64,000 nt of DNA from an uncultured virus (IMG/VR IMGVR_UViG_3300010347_001950) (IMGVR_UViG_3300010347_001950); one strand, 5' to 3'. Counted from the stretch's first letter, positions 49,513 to 59,513 are shown. The notes: generated by a model not told the origin, from the sequence alone. Program-made: numbers and translations.

Positions 49513-50297
49513 TGATTCCAAAAGAGCAAACAAACACAGCACTGTATGGTGAAACGATTGTTAGCAAATTCGGTGGGTATTTAAGAGCCAACGAACCAGC
49601 TATGAATTATTTGATTGGGCGTGGGATAGCGCGTAGTTTTATTGATACGAATGAAGTTGGATATTGCCCACCATTTTATAATTTTTGGTTTCCTTTGATG
49701 AGAGGCAGAATTACTATTCCTATACGCGACGCATATGGCAACCTTGTTGCTTTTGCTGGCAGGATTTATGAACCGAGCAAAGCATCTACAATTAAAATAT
49801 TGCGTGAATTATTTTCGAAAAAAGTATCAGAATCAGACAAAATTGTTAATAAATGGGAATCTGCAAAATGGATTAACGAGCCATATGCAAAGAGTCAGCA
49901 TTTATATAATTTGAATAATGCCAAATGGTATGGAAGAAAATCTGGATTTATTGTGGTTGTAGAAGGGTATTTTGATGTTCAGGTGTTGTCAGGCAATGGA
50001 ATACCAGAAACAGTGGCATTGTGTGGTACAGGATTGTCAGACAAGCATTGTGTTTTGTTATCTAGATACGTAGATGATGTTATATTTGTTTTGGATGGCG
50101 ATTCCGCTGGAGAAAATGCTATTACAAAAATATTTGTTAAATCAAAGGAATTTGGGTTGCGCCCTCATGCAATTTATTTGCCATATGGTTATGACCCAGA
50201 TGATTTTGTATTAAAAATAGGTGGTAACAAATTTCGTTTATTGCTTTATAGAATATTGGATAAACAATTGGATGAATTTGTTGTGCGTAGTAAATAA
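49512..50297 (+). CDS. dnaG: DNA primase catalytic core (TOPRIM) lacking the Zn-binding domain
   Basis: YLIGRGI, RITIPIRD..G.LVAFAGR, VVEGYFDV, DGDSAG and DPDD. Confidence 0.88.
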   Translation: MIPKEQTNTALYGETIVSKFGGYLRANEPAMNYLIGRGIARSFIDTNEVGYCPPFYNFWFPLMRGRITIPIRDAYGNLVAFAGRIYEPSKASTIKILRELFSKKVSESDKIVNKWESAKWINEPYAKSQHLYNLNNAKWYGRKSGFIVVVEGYFDVQVLSGNGIPETVALCGTGLSDKHCVLLSRYVDDVIFVLDGDSAGENAITKIFVKSKEFGLRPHAIYLPYGYDPDDFVLKIGGNKFRLLLYRILDKQLDEFVVRSK

Positions 50298-50330
50298 AAT
50301 CAGTTAATATACAATAAGAGATTATAAACA

Positions 50331-52037
50331 ATGATTGATATTAAATGGAAAATTCTAAGACCCAATGAAACTATTTATGAATTGGCGGAAGAATTAGAAA
50401 TACCAACCGAAATAGCCTCGTGTTATTACAACAGGGGGTTGACTACAAAAGACAAGATCGTAAATTTTATCAATACAAATTTGAATAATTTATATGATCC
50501 ATTTTTGCTTCCAGACATGGACAAAGCCGTAGATCGTGTATGCAAAGCCATTACCAATAGAGAATTAATTCATGTACACGGTGACTATGATGTTGATGGA
50601 ATAACCGCCACTGCGATAATGGTGTTTATATTATTAAGGTTAAATGCCAATTTTACGTATTATACTCCGCATCGAATAGAAGACGGATATGATTTGCAAA
50701 TTAAACATATAGAATCTGCGAAGAAAAACGGCGTTGATTTATTAATAACAGTTGATTGTGGTATTAGGGCTACAGAGGCTTTGAAATATGCAAATCAAAT
50801 TGGTATGGATGTTATAGTAACAGACCATCATTTAGCGCCAGATGATTTTTTGCCAAGCGCGTATGCAATTATCAATACGCACAGGAAGGATTCCAATTAT
50901 CCATTTGTGGACTTAGCTGGATGTGGTATAGCAATGAAATTTGCGATGGCTATTGGGAAAAAACTTGGGTTAGGCGAAGAATTTATATTTGATAATTTAT
51001 TAGATTATGTGGTTCTTGGGACTGTAGCCGATATGGCTCCGTTAGTAGACGAAAATAGGATTATTGTATCGCGTGGTTGCGATAAACTATTGTGTACAAA
51101 AAAAGTTGGGTTGCAAAAATTGCTTAAAGTGGCTAATATCAAAGATAATGTAGACACAACGTCGATAGGTTTTTATATTGGTCCAAGAATTAATGCAATA
51201 GGGCGATTGTCTGATTCCATGACTGCGTTAAATTTGATGCTGGAAACAAATAACGATCGCGCAGAATTATTGGCAAAACAGTTAGATACAGCAAACAAAA
51301 GAAGACAACAATTACAGAATAAAATATATGATGAAGCTGTTTCGTTATTGCCACAAGATATGTCAAATACATATGTAATAACTGTTGCTACCAAATCATG
51401 GCATCCTGGTATAGTTGGGTTAGTGGCTAATAGGCTTACTGACACATATGGTGTGCCATCTATGGTTGGTGTAATTGAAGGAGGAATCGTGCATGGGTCA
51501 TGCAGATCAACGCCCAATTTCCCGATTATAGATGCTATGAGGCAGTATAATGATTTGTTTATTAAATATGGCGGCCATGCATATGCTGCTGGTTTTGAGA
51601 TTACTTTGGGTAATTTTAAAAAGCTAGAAAAACTTATTAATGATTATGCCAAGGATTATTTTGGTGGTGATTATAAGCCATCGAAGATTATTAGTATAGA
51701 TTCTTTAATCAGACCAGAAGATGTTAATGAAAATTTATATTTACATTTAGTCAAACTGTCTCCGTTTGGAATAAATAATCCCGAACCAATTTTTGCAGTA
51801 AAGAAAGTCAATATATTTGATATTACAATTTTCGGCAATGGCAAATATGCAAAGTTTAAATTTAAAAAACATGATAATAATAGATGGGTGATGGGTACAT
51901 GGTGGAAAAAGAACGACGAACGATGCAAGTTAGAAAACGAGATGCTAGTAGATATAGCATTTAAAATAAAATCAGAAAACTGGCAAGGCAAGACAAACTA
52001 TGTGGCTATTGTTGAAGATATACGACCAAGCGAGTAA
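50331..52037 (+). CDS. recJ: Single-stranded DNA exonuclease RecJ
   Basis: GDYDVDG, ITVDCG, TDHH, LGTVADM, PRINAIGR, GSCRS, GGHAYAAG and PFG.NNPEP. Confidence 0.95.
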   Translation: MIDIKWKILRPNETIYELAEELEIPTEIASCYYNRGLTTKDKIVNFINTNLNNLYDPFLLPDMDKAVDRVCKAITNRELIHVHGDYDVDGITATAIMVFILLRLNANFTYYTPHRIEDGYDLQIKHIESAKKNGVDLLITVDCGIRATEALKYANQIGMDVIVTDHHLAPDDFLPSAYAIINTHRKDSNYPFVDLAGCGIAMKFAMAIGKKLGLGEEFIFDNLLDYVVLGTVADMAPLVDENRIIVSRGCDKLLCTKKVGLQKLLKVANIKDNVDTTSIGFYIGPRINAIGRLSDSMTALNLMLETNNDRAELLAKQLDTANKRRQQLQNKIYDEAVSLLPQDMSNTYVITVATKSWHPGIVGLVANRLTDTYGVPSMVGVIEGGIVHGSCRSTPNFPIIDAMRQYNDLFIKYGGHAYAAGFEITLGNFKKLEKLINDYAKDYFGGDYKPSKIISIDSLIRPEDVNENLYLHLVKLSPFGINNPEPIFAVKKVNIFDITIFGNGKYAKFKFKKHDNNRWVMGTWWKKNDERCKLENEMLVDIAFKIKSENWQGKTNYVAIVEDIRPSE

Positions 52038-52040
52038 TAA

Positions 52041-52997
52041 TTGGATATAAAAATGCCCGAAGAATCAATAACATCTGTGATACCAACAAATAACGTTAAA
52101 ACAAAAGCATACAATCGAAGAAATATCGATCAGGAACACTTGGAAGACTTGATTATTAAATATCAGTCAGCAGAAAATTATCGTGAACGAAATATTATTT
52201 ATAAAAAGATTTGTGATATTTATTCTCCAAAAGATTATATATACACATGGTATAATAAATACGCTTATCTGTATAATAATAAAGACGAATTTATTTCTGA
52301 CTATTATTATATTTTTTGCAAATCGTTGGAGGGGTGGAAACCCAGAACGAAAAGATCGACAAGTGTACATAATGGCAAGGGTGAATTCAAAAATTATTTT
52401 TGGTCTGCATTGAAAAATAATTATATAAATTTAATTAAAGCAAAAACTGCCGGAAAGAGAAATATTGCTTCAAAATGCCCTATATGTGATATATGGGTAC
52501 AAACATTATCTACCCATATAATTAAAGCGCATGAGTATTTGTTGTGGGAACAAGTAAAATTATATGTTAGCTCGTTGGATAATATGACAAAATGTCCGCT
52601 TTGTGATTCGCTCAAAATCCCAACAAAATCAAAAAGTCCAGAGGAAATAAATTTAATTATCAAGAAGCATATACGGTCGGAACATATTTATTTAATATTT
52701 GAAAGATTCCATGATTTATATCCAGATGCTAATACAATAAACGACAATGTAATTGTTGATTCCTGTACAGAACAACGCGTAGATGACACAGGTGATTGCG
52801 ATATAAGATATACTCCATTGGATATACTTTTGTCATGTAATCTATCTGATATACAAAAGAAAATTATATATAACATATTAAATTATGATACAGATATTTT
52901 TTATGATGAAATATTGTATAATTGTAGTAAAGAAGAGTTTGACCAAGAATTAGAAAATTTGCAGCAAACAATGATTATCTGTGGGTTTAATAATTGA
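52041..52997 (+). CDS. Sigma-factor-like protein with two C2H2 zinc fingers
   Basis: Region-2-like DEFISDYYYIFCKSLEGW....GEFKNYFWSALKNNYINLIK, then CPIC..H....H and CPLC...H....H, then a region-4-like LSDIQKKIIY. Confidence 0.55.
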   Translation: MDIKMPEESITSVIPTNNVKTKAYNRRNIDQEHLEDLIIKYQSAENYRERNIIYKKICDIYSPKDYIYTWYNKYAYLYNNKDEFISDYYYIFCKSLEGWKPRTKRSTSVHNGKGEFKNYFWSALKNNYINLIKAKTAGKRNIASKCPICDIWVQTLSTHIIKAHEYLLWEQVKLYVSSLDNMTKCPLCDSLKIPTKSKSPEEINLIIKKHIRSEHIYLIFERFHDLYPDANTINDNVIVDSCTEQRVDDTGDCDIRYTPLDILLSCNLSDIQKKIIYNILNYDTDIFYDEILYNCSKEEFDQELENLQQTMIICGFNN

Positions 52998-53018
52998 ATA
53001 TACAAAAGGAGATTAATT

Positions 53019-53357
53019 ATGGAAGAAACAAACGAGACAAAAGATAAATATACACTAAGAGTACGAGGGAATTCTGTAGATGGTAAACCGCCTACAAATC
53101 CAAAAGGATTGGCCAGAAGTATATTACATGTATTTGAAGAGAATCCATATGGATATGTGAAGATCGAATCCGTGGGTCCTAGAGCACTTGATATTACTAT
53201 GGCGGCGTATCGAATTGCCCAAGAAATGTTTTCAAAAAGAACTACTGATTTTGTTCTTGTGGTTAGGCAATCAGAATATACCGCAGAAGTCAATGGGTCA
53301 CCAACGCGCGGTGTTTGTACGCGGATTCATCCTATACCAATAGCTTACGCGAAATAG
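53019..53357 (+). CDS. spoVS: SpoVS-like protein
   Basis: LRV...TNPKGLARSI...VKIESVGPRALDITMAAYRIA matches SpoVS (LKVS..SNP.SVAGA....IQAIGAGALNQAVKAVAIA). Confidence 0.65.
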   Translation: MEETNETKDKYTLRVRGNSVDGKPPTNPKGLARSILHVFEENPYGYVKIESVGPRALDITMAAYRIAQEMFSKRTTDFVLVVRQSEYTAEVNGSPTRGVCTRIHPIPIAYAK

Positions 53358-53361
53358 CATT

Positions 53362-53841
53362 ATGCTTATCCCCGAAGATGATATTTCCGAATTTATAAAT
53401 TCGAAAATAGATGCTTACATTAGGTTTAGAAGTAAGAATGATGACAAAGAGAATACTAAGCCTAATGTAAGCACAAATTGGAGCGAATTAATACGCCAAG
53501 CCAGTATATCAGAGCCTCCGCGTTTTGATAAGACTGGATATTTAAATAACGAACTACTTAATGCCGCAATGGATAAAGCTATATATGAAATATTTGAAAA
53601 AACGAATTATTCTTTGTCTTATATACGATATAATTTATGGAATTTTTTAAAAGAAGATATCCACGCTCGTAATGACGCGGTATCAACAATACGTTTTCTA
53701 AGAGATTTTGATATCAATAAATTTACGATGTGCCCAGAGTGTGGAGAGGATAATGAAGGCGGATGGGAACTGTGTGTTTATTGCGGCTATGACAAAAACG
53801 CCATTCATCCCACGAACTTTGGTCGTGGGATGAATGGCTAA
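53362..53841 (+). CDS. Hypothetical protein with a C-terminal Zn ribbon
   Basis: CPECGEDN......CVYCG. Confidence 0.65.
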   Translation: MLIPEDDISEFINSKIDAYIRFRSKNDDKENTKPNVSTNWSELIRQASISEPPRFDKTGYLNNELLNAAMDKAIYEIFEKTNYSLSYIRYNLWNFLKEDIHARNDAVSTIRFLRDFDINKFTMCPECGEDNEGGWELCVYCGYDKNAIHPTNFGRGMNG

Positions 53842-54018
53842 ATATCTGAGAAAAACATATGGGAAAGTATCTCGGTTATACAAAGAAAAAGATTTGTACA
53901 AGGGCAAAACTGATAAGCCAGAAGCGGCAATATATTCTATGATACAAACACAAACCACGCCCCTATCTTCGCAAAAGCGAAGATAGGGGCGCCATGGGTT
54001 TAGCCATGGTAGAATGCC
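53800..54018 (+). mobile_element. Miniature IS200/IS605-derived element with palindromic ends
   Basis: 16-bp IR GCCATTCATCCCACGA/TCGTGGGATGAATGGC (left-end motif), an interior shared with 31781-31894, a 15-bp IR at 53958-53991 and an end-like CCATGGGTTTAGCCATGG. Confidence 0.6.
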
Positions 54019-54044
54019 AAGGTCGCACAAAACAACAGGAGATA

Positions 54045-56564
54045 ATGATGGATGACACATATGAAGTTTTTTATATGCCAGAAGATGTCACAAATTCCAC
54101 AATAGAATATTTTGGCGGAGATGAGTTGGCCGCATCTACTGCCGTTACTAAATATTTATTAAGAAAAATATATAATGATGGTCCAAAATATCTTGAAAAA
54201 ACACCAGACGATATGCATGATCGTCTTGCCAGAGAATTCCATAGGATAGAAACTAAATATCCGAATCCACTATCATATGATGAAATCAGGCAGTCGATTG
54301 ATAGATTTAGATTTATAGTTCCCCAGGGGTCTGTAATGTATGGTGTTGGCAATCCATATGCCAACGTAAGCCTTAGCAATTGTGTTGTGGTATCAAGTCC
54401 AAAAGATAGTATGTCTGGGATTTTTGACACAGCCAAAGATATGGCAAATTTGTATAAGCGCAGATGTGGCGTTGGTGTTGATATTAGTAGTTTGCGCCCC
54501 GCTGGTGCACCAGTAAAAAATAGTGCTGGTTCGAGCACCGGCGCTGCCAGTTTTGCAGATTTCTATAGTTATGTATGCAGAATGGTTGGTCAATCTGGGC
54601 GCAGAGGTGCTTCTATGCAAACTATGTCTGTATATCATCCAGATATAGAAGCATTTGTCACCATGAAGAGAGACTTGACTCTTGTAACTGGTTCAAATAT
54701 ATCTGTTATGATTACAGATGAATTTATGAAAGCCGTGGTTGAGGATACAGATTTTGTTTTGAGATGGCCGTGTGATTTGCCACCAGAAAAAGCCAAGTTT
54801 ACAAAAGTTATTAGTGCCAGAGAATTGTGGGATACCATTAATGAGTCTGCTCGTTTATGTGCCGAACCAGGAGTTATATTTATAGATAATTATAAGAGGA
54901 ATCTCCCCGCCGAATGTTATGAAATGTTCAAGAGTGTATGTGTCAACCCGTGTTCAGAGGTGTTGTTATCCGCGCTCGATTCATGTCGTTTATTATCAGA
55001 AAACTTAAAGAATTATGTTGTTAATCCGTTTACAGAACAGGCATATTTTGATTTTGAATTGTTTAAGAAATATGTCCGTATAGGGCAGAGGTTGATGGAT
55101 GATATAGTTGATCTAGAAATTGAATGTATAGACAAAATTATTAGTATAATAGATGACGAAGACGAAAAATCACTGTGGTCAAACATGAAAGAACAGGCTG
55201 TATATGGGCGGAGGACTGGGCATGGCACGCATGGATTGGCTGATGTTTTTTCTAGAATGAGAATTCGTTATGATTCTGATGAGGCTGTTGAACTGTCAGG
55301 CAAAATATACAAAGCGTTGAGAGATGCGGCATACAGTGAATCTGTAAATATGGCAAAGGAGAGAGGCGCATTTAAAGTATTTGATTGGAATAAAGAAAAA
55401 GATTGTGAATTTATAAAAAGATTGCCAGATGATATAAAAGAGAACATAAGATTATATGGTAGAAGGAATATTAGTATTTTGACAAATGCCCCAACAGGCA
55501 GTGTGTCTATTTTATCACAGACATCTTCTGGAATAGAACCTGTTTTTTCTAATTTTTATATAAGACGTAAAAAAATTAATCCATCTGATACACATGCAAG
55601 AGTAGATTACATTGATACAATGGGCGACAAATGGAGTGAATATTTAGTTTTCCATCATAATGTTTTAGATTATATAAAAAGCAATAAAGAATTAAGTTCC
55701 AAATGGAGAGATTATTCATTAACTCATAGGTCGTCTGAGTGGGAAGAATGGTTGAAAAACAATTTACCAGACTATTTTGTTACTGCTCCGGAAGTAGAAC
55801 CAGAAAAACGCGTTCTAATACAGGGCGTTATACAGTCTTATATTGACCATGGCATTTCAAGTACAATAAACCTTCCCAAAAATACCACAACCGAACAAAT
55901 ACAAAGTATATATATGAATGCATGGAAGAATGGTCTTAAAGGAGTGACAGTGTATGTTGATGGTAGCAGGAGTGGAGTACTTGTGTCGGCTTCAGAAAAA
56001 CAAGAAAATGACATACACGAATCTGTAGCGCCAAAACGTCCAAAAGTGTTGCCTTGTGATATACATCGTTCACAAATAGACGGGCAGGATTGGACAATTT
56101 TGGTTGGTATATTAAACGACAAGCCATATGAAATTTTTGGTGGGTTGTCTGAACATATTGTTTTACCAAGAAGATATAAAAATGGATTAATTATTAAGGG
56201 CAAGCGAGATCCAAATACTATGCTTTCAAGCTATGATTTGGTGATCAACGACGGCGACGATGATGATAGATTGGTTGTTAAGGACATAGTATCTTCGTTC
56301 AAAAACGAAGCATACGCTACGCACACAAGAATGCTGTCTATGTCTCTAAGGCATGGTATACCAATACAATTTATAGTTGAACAAATAGGCAAGGACCAAA
56401 ATACTGGATTCCATAGTTTCTTTAAAGTTATAGCCAGAGTATTAAAAAAATATATTAAAGATGGGACGAAAAGCGCAGATAGGTGCATGAGTTGTGGAGA
56501 AAAACTAATATTTACAGATGGTTGTTTCCAGTGTCCAAACTGTGGTTTTAGTAAGTGCAATTAA
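54045..56564 (+). CDS. nrdJ: Adenosylcobalamin-dependent (class II) ribonucleotide reductase
   Basis: SLSNC, GRRGA, NPCSE and APTGS motifs; C-terminal KRP..L.C (TSCPD-type) domain with a Zn ribbon; no nrdB nearby. Start placed at ATG 54045 after AGGAG. Confidence 0.9.
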   Translation: MMDDTYEVFYMPEDVTNSTIEYFGGDELAASTAVTKYLLRKIYNDGPKYLEKTPDDMHDRLAREFHRIETKYPNPLSYDEIRQSIDRFRFIVPQGSVMYGVGNPYANVSLSNCVVVSSPKDSMSGIFDTAKDMANLYKRRCGVGVDISSLRPAGAPVKNSAGSSTGAASFADFYSYVCRMVGQSGRRGASMQTMSVYHPDIEAFVTMKRDLTLVTGSNISVMITDEFMKAVVEDTDFVLRWPCDLPPEKAKFTKVISARELWDTINESARLCAEPGVIFIDNYKRNLPAECYEMFKSVCVNPCSEVLLSALDSCRLLSENLKNYVVNPFTEQAYFDFELFKKYVRIGQRLMDDIVDLEIECIDKIISIIDDEDEKSLWSNMKEQAVYGRRTGHGTHGLADVFSRMRIRYDSDEAVELSGKIYKALRDAAYSESVNMAKERGAFKVFDWNKEKDCEFIKRLPDDIKENIRLYGRRNISILTNAPTGSVSILSQTSSGIEPVFSNFYIRRKKINPSDTHARVDYIDTMGDKWSEYLVFHHNVLDYIKSNKELSSKWRDYSLTHRSSEWEEWLKNNLPDYFVTAPEVEPEKRVLIQGVIQSYIDHGISSTINLPKNTTTEQIQSIYMNAWKNGLKGVTVYVDGSRSGVLVSASEKQENDIHESVAPKRPKVLPCDIHRSQIDGQDWTILVGILNDKPYEIFGGLSEHIVLPRRYKNGLIIKGKRDPNTMLSSYDLVINDGDDDDRLVVKDIVSSFKNEAYATHTRMLSMSLRHGIPIQFIVEQIGKDQNTGFHSFFKVIARVLKKYIKDGTKSADRCMSCGEKLIFTDGCFQCPNCGFSKCN

Positions 56565-56575
56565 TATGTTGTTGG

Positions 56576-56745
56576 TGCTATATTGCTAGCCCGAGGAACA
56601 ATATTATTGTGCGTGGAGCAGTTGGCACCTCCATATATTAAACAAAAGTAATTATGGAATGTTGGCACAAGGGAAGATGTATACTATCTTCCTCTTTGTG
56701 TTATTGCAAGCCGCGCGGGCTGTCGCGCGGGGGTCTATAATAGCA
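56576..56745 (+). ncRNA. Candidate structured non-coding RNA
   Basis: ORF-free, relatively GC-rich spacer with several hairpins closed by TGCTAT/ATAGCA. No family recognised; strand assumed. Confidence 0.3.
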
Positions 56746-56755
56746 GAGATACCGT

Positions 56756-57157
56756 ATGCGATTAAAAGAAGTTCAGTGTTATATAGAAGATGTACAATAT
56801 AAAGATTATTGGGATGATTACAATAATAATCCCTATAATAATGCTATAATTATTATTGTAAGAAATGCTGAAACAAACGAGATATATTCTGGAGCATGGT
56901 CTGAGCAAGATATACGTAATTTTTGTGGTATTGATGGTAAAATAAATAGTAGGCAAATGATTGATATAGCTACGTTTTTAAGAAACGATGGCGGATTGTA
57001 TAGATTGTTAATTCCAGAAGACGAAAAAGATGTTGTAATTACTCCCGAATTATTATTGCTTGGGAAAAACAAAGAAGAACAACAAGATATTAATGAAACA
57101 GACACAAACACACTTGATAAAAACGAATTTTTAAATAAAAGGAGAGTTAAAAAATGA
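56756..57157 (+). CDS. Hypothetical protein
   Basis: 133-aa ORF with ATGA coupling to dut. Confidence 0.65.
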   Translation: MRLKEVQCYIEDVQYKDYWDDYNNNPYNNAIIIIVRNAETNEIYSGAWSEQDIRNFCGIDGKINSRQMIDIATFLRNDGGLYRLLIPEDEKDVVITPELLLLGKNKEEQQDINETDTNTLDKNEFLNKRRVKK

Positions 57158-57627
57158 GCAAGCCGACAATCGGATTTAGATTGTTCAGAGATGGAGCAAA
57201 GATGCCGACAAGGGCTACAACGCATGCCGCGGGATGGGATTTGTACGCTTGGGTAGAAAATAATGGAGTTGTTGAAATTGCGCCACACAAAACAGTATTA
57301 GTTAAAACAGGGTTGAATGTTGAATTACCAATTGGATACGAAATGTCAGTTAGACCGAGAAGCGGTTTGGCTATTAAAAATAATTTAACAATTTTGAATT
57401 CCCCAGGATTAATAGATTGTGATTATAGTAATGTAGGAGAAGAATTTGAAATTCGTGTTGTTCTTCATAACGCGGACGACAAGTTGACACAGTTTATAAA
57501 ACACGGTGATAGAATCGCCCAAGCTACTTTTCATGAAGTTCCAGACGTTGATGTTGTTGAATTGGACCGAGATGTAATACCACATGAAAGTAATAGGGCT
57601 GGTGGTTTTGGAAGCACTGGTATATAA
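57154..57627 (+). CDS. dut: Trimeric dUTPase
   Basis: AAGWDL, RPRSGLA, GLIDCDY, DRIAQ and RAGGFGSTG. Confidence 0.93.
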   Translation: MSKPTIGFRLFRDGAKMPTRATTHAAGWDLYAWVENNGVVEIAPHKTVLVKTGLNVELPIGYEMSVRPRSGLAIKNNLTILNSPGLIDCDYSNVGEEFEIRVVLHNADDKLTQFIKHGDRIAQATFHEVPDVDVVELDRDVIPHESNRAGGFGSTGI

Positions 57628-57652
57628 ATAGTATTTTCAAGGGTATGTTAAA

Positions 57653-58753
57653 ATGGCACAGGATTTTGTCACAGATGTATTATTGTGCGGTGATTGTGTG
57701 GATATAATGGATTCATTCCCCGCAGATTGTGTTGACCTGATTATATGCGACCCTCCATATAATTTACAAGTAAAGAATAATCTAATACGCTCTGATAATG
57801 GTAAGAAGTTCAATGGCGTTGATGATAAGTGGGACGACTATCCGTCGTTCGTTGCATATGACATGTTTGTTCAGAGACTATTAAATTCTACTAATCATGT
57901 ATTGAAACCCGACGGGACAATTATGATTATGGGAATGTACCATAATATATTTAGAATTGGGACTATATTGCAAAATATGGGATATTGGATATTAAATGAT
58001 ATTATTTGGGAAAAAACTAATCCAACTCCGAATTTTAACGGAAGCAGATTATGTAATTCTCATGAAACTATCATATGGGCATCGAAAAGCAAAAAATCGA
58101 AATATTTCTTTAACTACCATCTTTTAAAACATTTGAATAATGGTAAACAGCCAAGGTCTGATTGGACATTACCTATATGCTCTGGTAAAGAAAGAATATT
58201 AAAAGAAGATGGGACAAAAGCACACTCTACACAAAAGCCATTAGAATTGATGCAAAAACTTGTAATAATGGCAACTAGAGAAAACGATATTGTTTTAGAC
58301 CCAATGTGTGGCACTGGTACTGCATTAGTGGCATCAAAAATGTATAATAGACAATATGTTGGGATAGATATCGATCCTTATTCTATTTCAATTAGTGAAA
58401 AAAGGCTTCAGGATGCGCGCGTAGATAAAGATTTTTTAGATTTGGAGAAATATATACATAGCTTGCACAAAAAGCTGTGTGTCCGATTTGAGAAGATTGT
58501 GGCGGATGGTAAAGTTAACATCGGAACGCAACTTAGATTTCATATATCTCCAGAAAAACCAATTGACAAATACGCCATTGTTGAATCTGATGGGATTAAA
58601 TATAACGGAGAAATAATGTCAATACATAAAGCTGCCAAAATGATATTAAATAGAGAAAGTGCCAATGGATGGAAACATTGGTATTTTAATGACACAGAAC
58701 GTGGGTATATATGTATTGATGATTTGAGAAAGGAATACAATCATGATATATAA
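57653..58753 (+). CDS. CcrM/M.HinfI-like beta-class adenine DNA methyltransferase
   Basis: DPPYNLQ, GVDDKWD, YHNIFRIG, NPTPNF.G.R..N.HET, HSTQKP and DPMCGTGT, plus the C-terminal SIHK..NGW..W domain. Confidence 0.88.
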   Translation: MAQDFVTDVLLCGDCVDIMDSFPADCVDLIICDPPYNLQVKNNLIRSDNGKKFNGVDDKWDDYPSFVAYDMFVQRLLNSTNHVLKPDGTIMIMGMYHNIFRIGTILQNMGYWILNDIIWEKTNPTPNFNGSRLCNSHETIIWASKSKKSKYFFNYHLLKHLNNGKQPRSDWTLPICSGKERILKEDGTKAHSTQKPLELMQKLVIMATRENDIVLDPMCGTGTALVASKMYNRQYVGIDIDPYSISISEKRLQDARVDKDFLDLEKYIHSLHKKLCVRFEKIVADGKVNIGTQLRFHISPEKPIDKYAIVESDGIKYNGEIMSIHKAAKMILNRESANGWKHWYFNDTERGYICIDDLRKEYNHDI

Positions 58754-59501
58754 TCAATTTCAAAAGAAATGTATTAAGGAAGTTGCATTATCAGCCAGAA
58801 GAATAATAGACGAATTGATTGATTCAATACAACCCGATATTACAACTACATACGATTTAGATATTATGTCTAAAAGATTAATTGGTATTTCAGGCGCAAA
58901 AGCAGTTTTGTTTGGTAGTTATATTCCAATTAATAAAACCAATTCTTTATACACGCACCATATTTTTATATCTATTAACGACGAAATAGTATATGGCGCA
59001 CCATCGCCTTCTAGAGTAATACATAAAGATGATTTAGTAAAAATTAATTTGTGTATTTCGCGGGATAGATATTATGCTGATTTGGCAAAAACAATATGGG
59101 TGGGCAACGACAGCGAACACAAGCTTGTGTCTGTAGCCAAGGAAGCGATTAATAATGTCATAGATGTTTGTAAAAGTGGGTGTAGCGTATATGATTTATC
59201 TATAGCAATAGAAACAACGGCACTAAAGCACGATTGTTATACTATTGATGTCATTTCGGGTCATGGTATTGGTAAAAACCCTCACGAAGACCCTATGATA
59301 CCAAATTCTTCCAATGTTAAATATGAATACAATCTGGTTGCTGGTAATATTATTACTATAGAACCAGTAATATGTTCTGAAAAAACAGAAATCGAAGTTT
59401 CTGATAATAAATACACCATATTATCAAAAAATCATTGTTTGTCGGCTCATATTGGGAATATGCTATACGTTACAGATGGTGGATGTGAAATTTTGGCATA
59501 G
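58743..59501 (+). CDS. Methionine aminopeptidase-like protein (degenerate metal site)
   Basis: ISINDEIV, YYADLAKT, SGHGIG..PHEDP, TIEP and LSAH; several ligands are substituted. Confidence 0.8.
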   Translation: MIYNQFQKKCIKEVALSARRIIDELIDSIQPDITTTYDLDIMSKRLIGISGAKAVLFGSYIPINKTNSLYTHHIFISINDEIVYGAPSPSRVIHKDDLVKINLCISRDRYYADLAKTIWVGNDSEHKLVSVAKEAINNVIDVCKSGCSVYDLSIAIETTALKHDCYTIDVISGHGIGKNPHEDPMIPNSSNVKYEYNLVAGNIITIEPVICSEKTEIEVSDNKYTILSKNHCLSAHIGNMLYVTDGGCEILA

Positions 59502-59513
59502 GTAGATAGATTT

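Noticed and set aside
53958..54044. Cobalamin riboswitch upstream of nrdJ
   Set aside because: No B12-box or GCCACTG-type motifs are visible. The hairpins fit IS-end-derived palindromes better.
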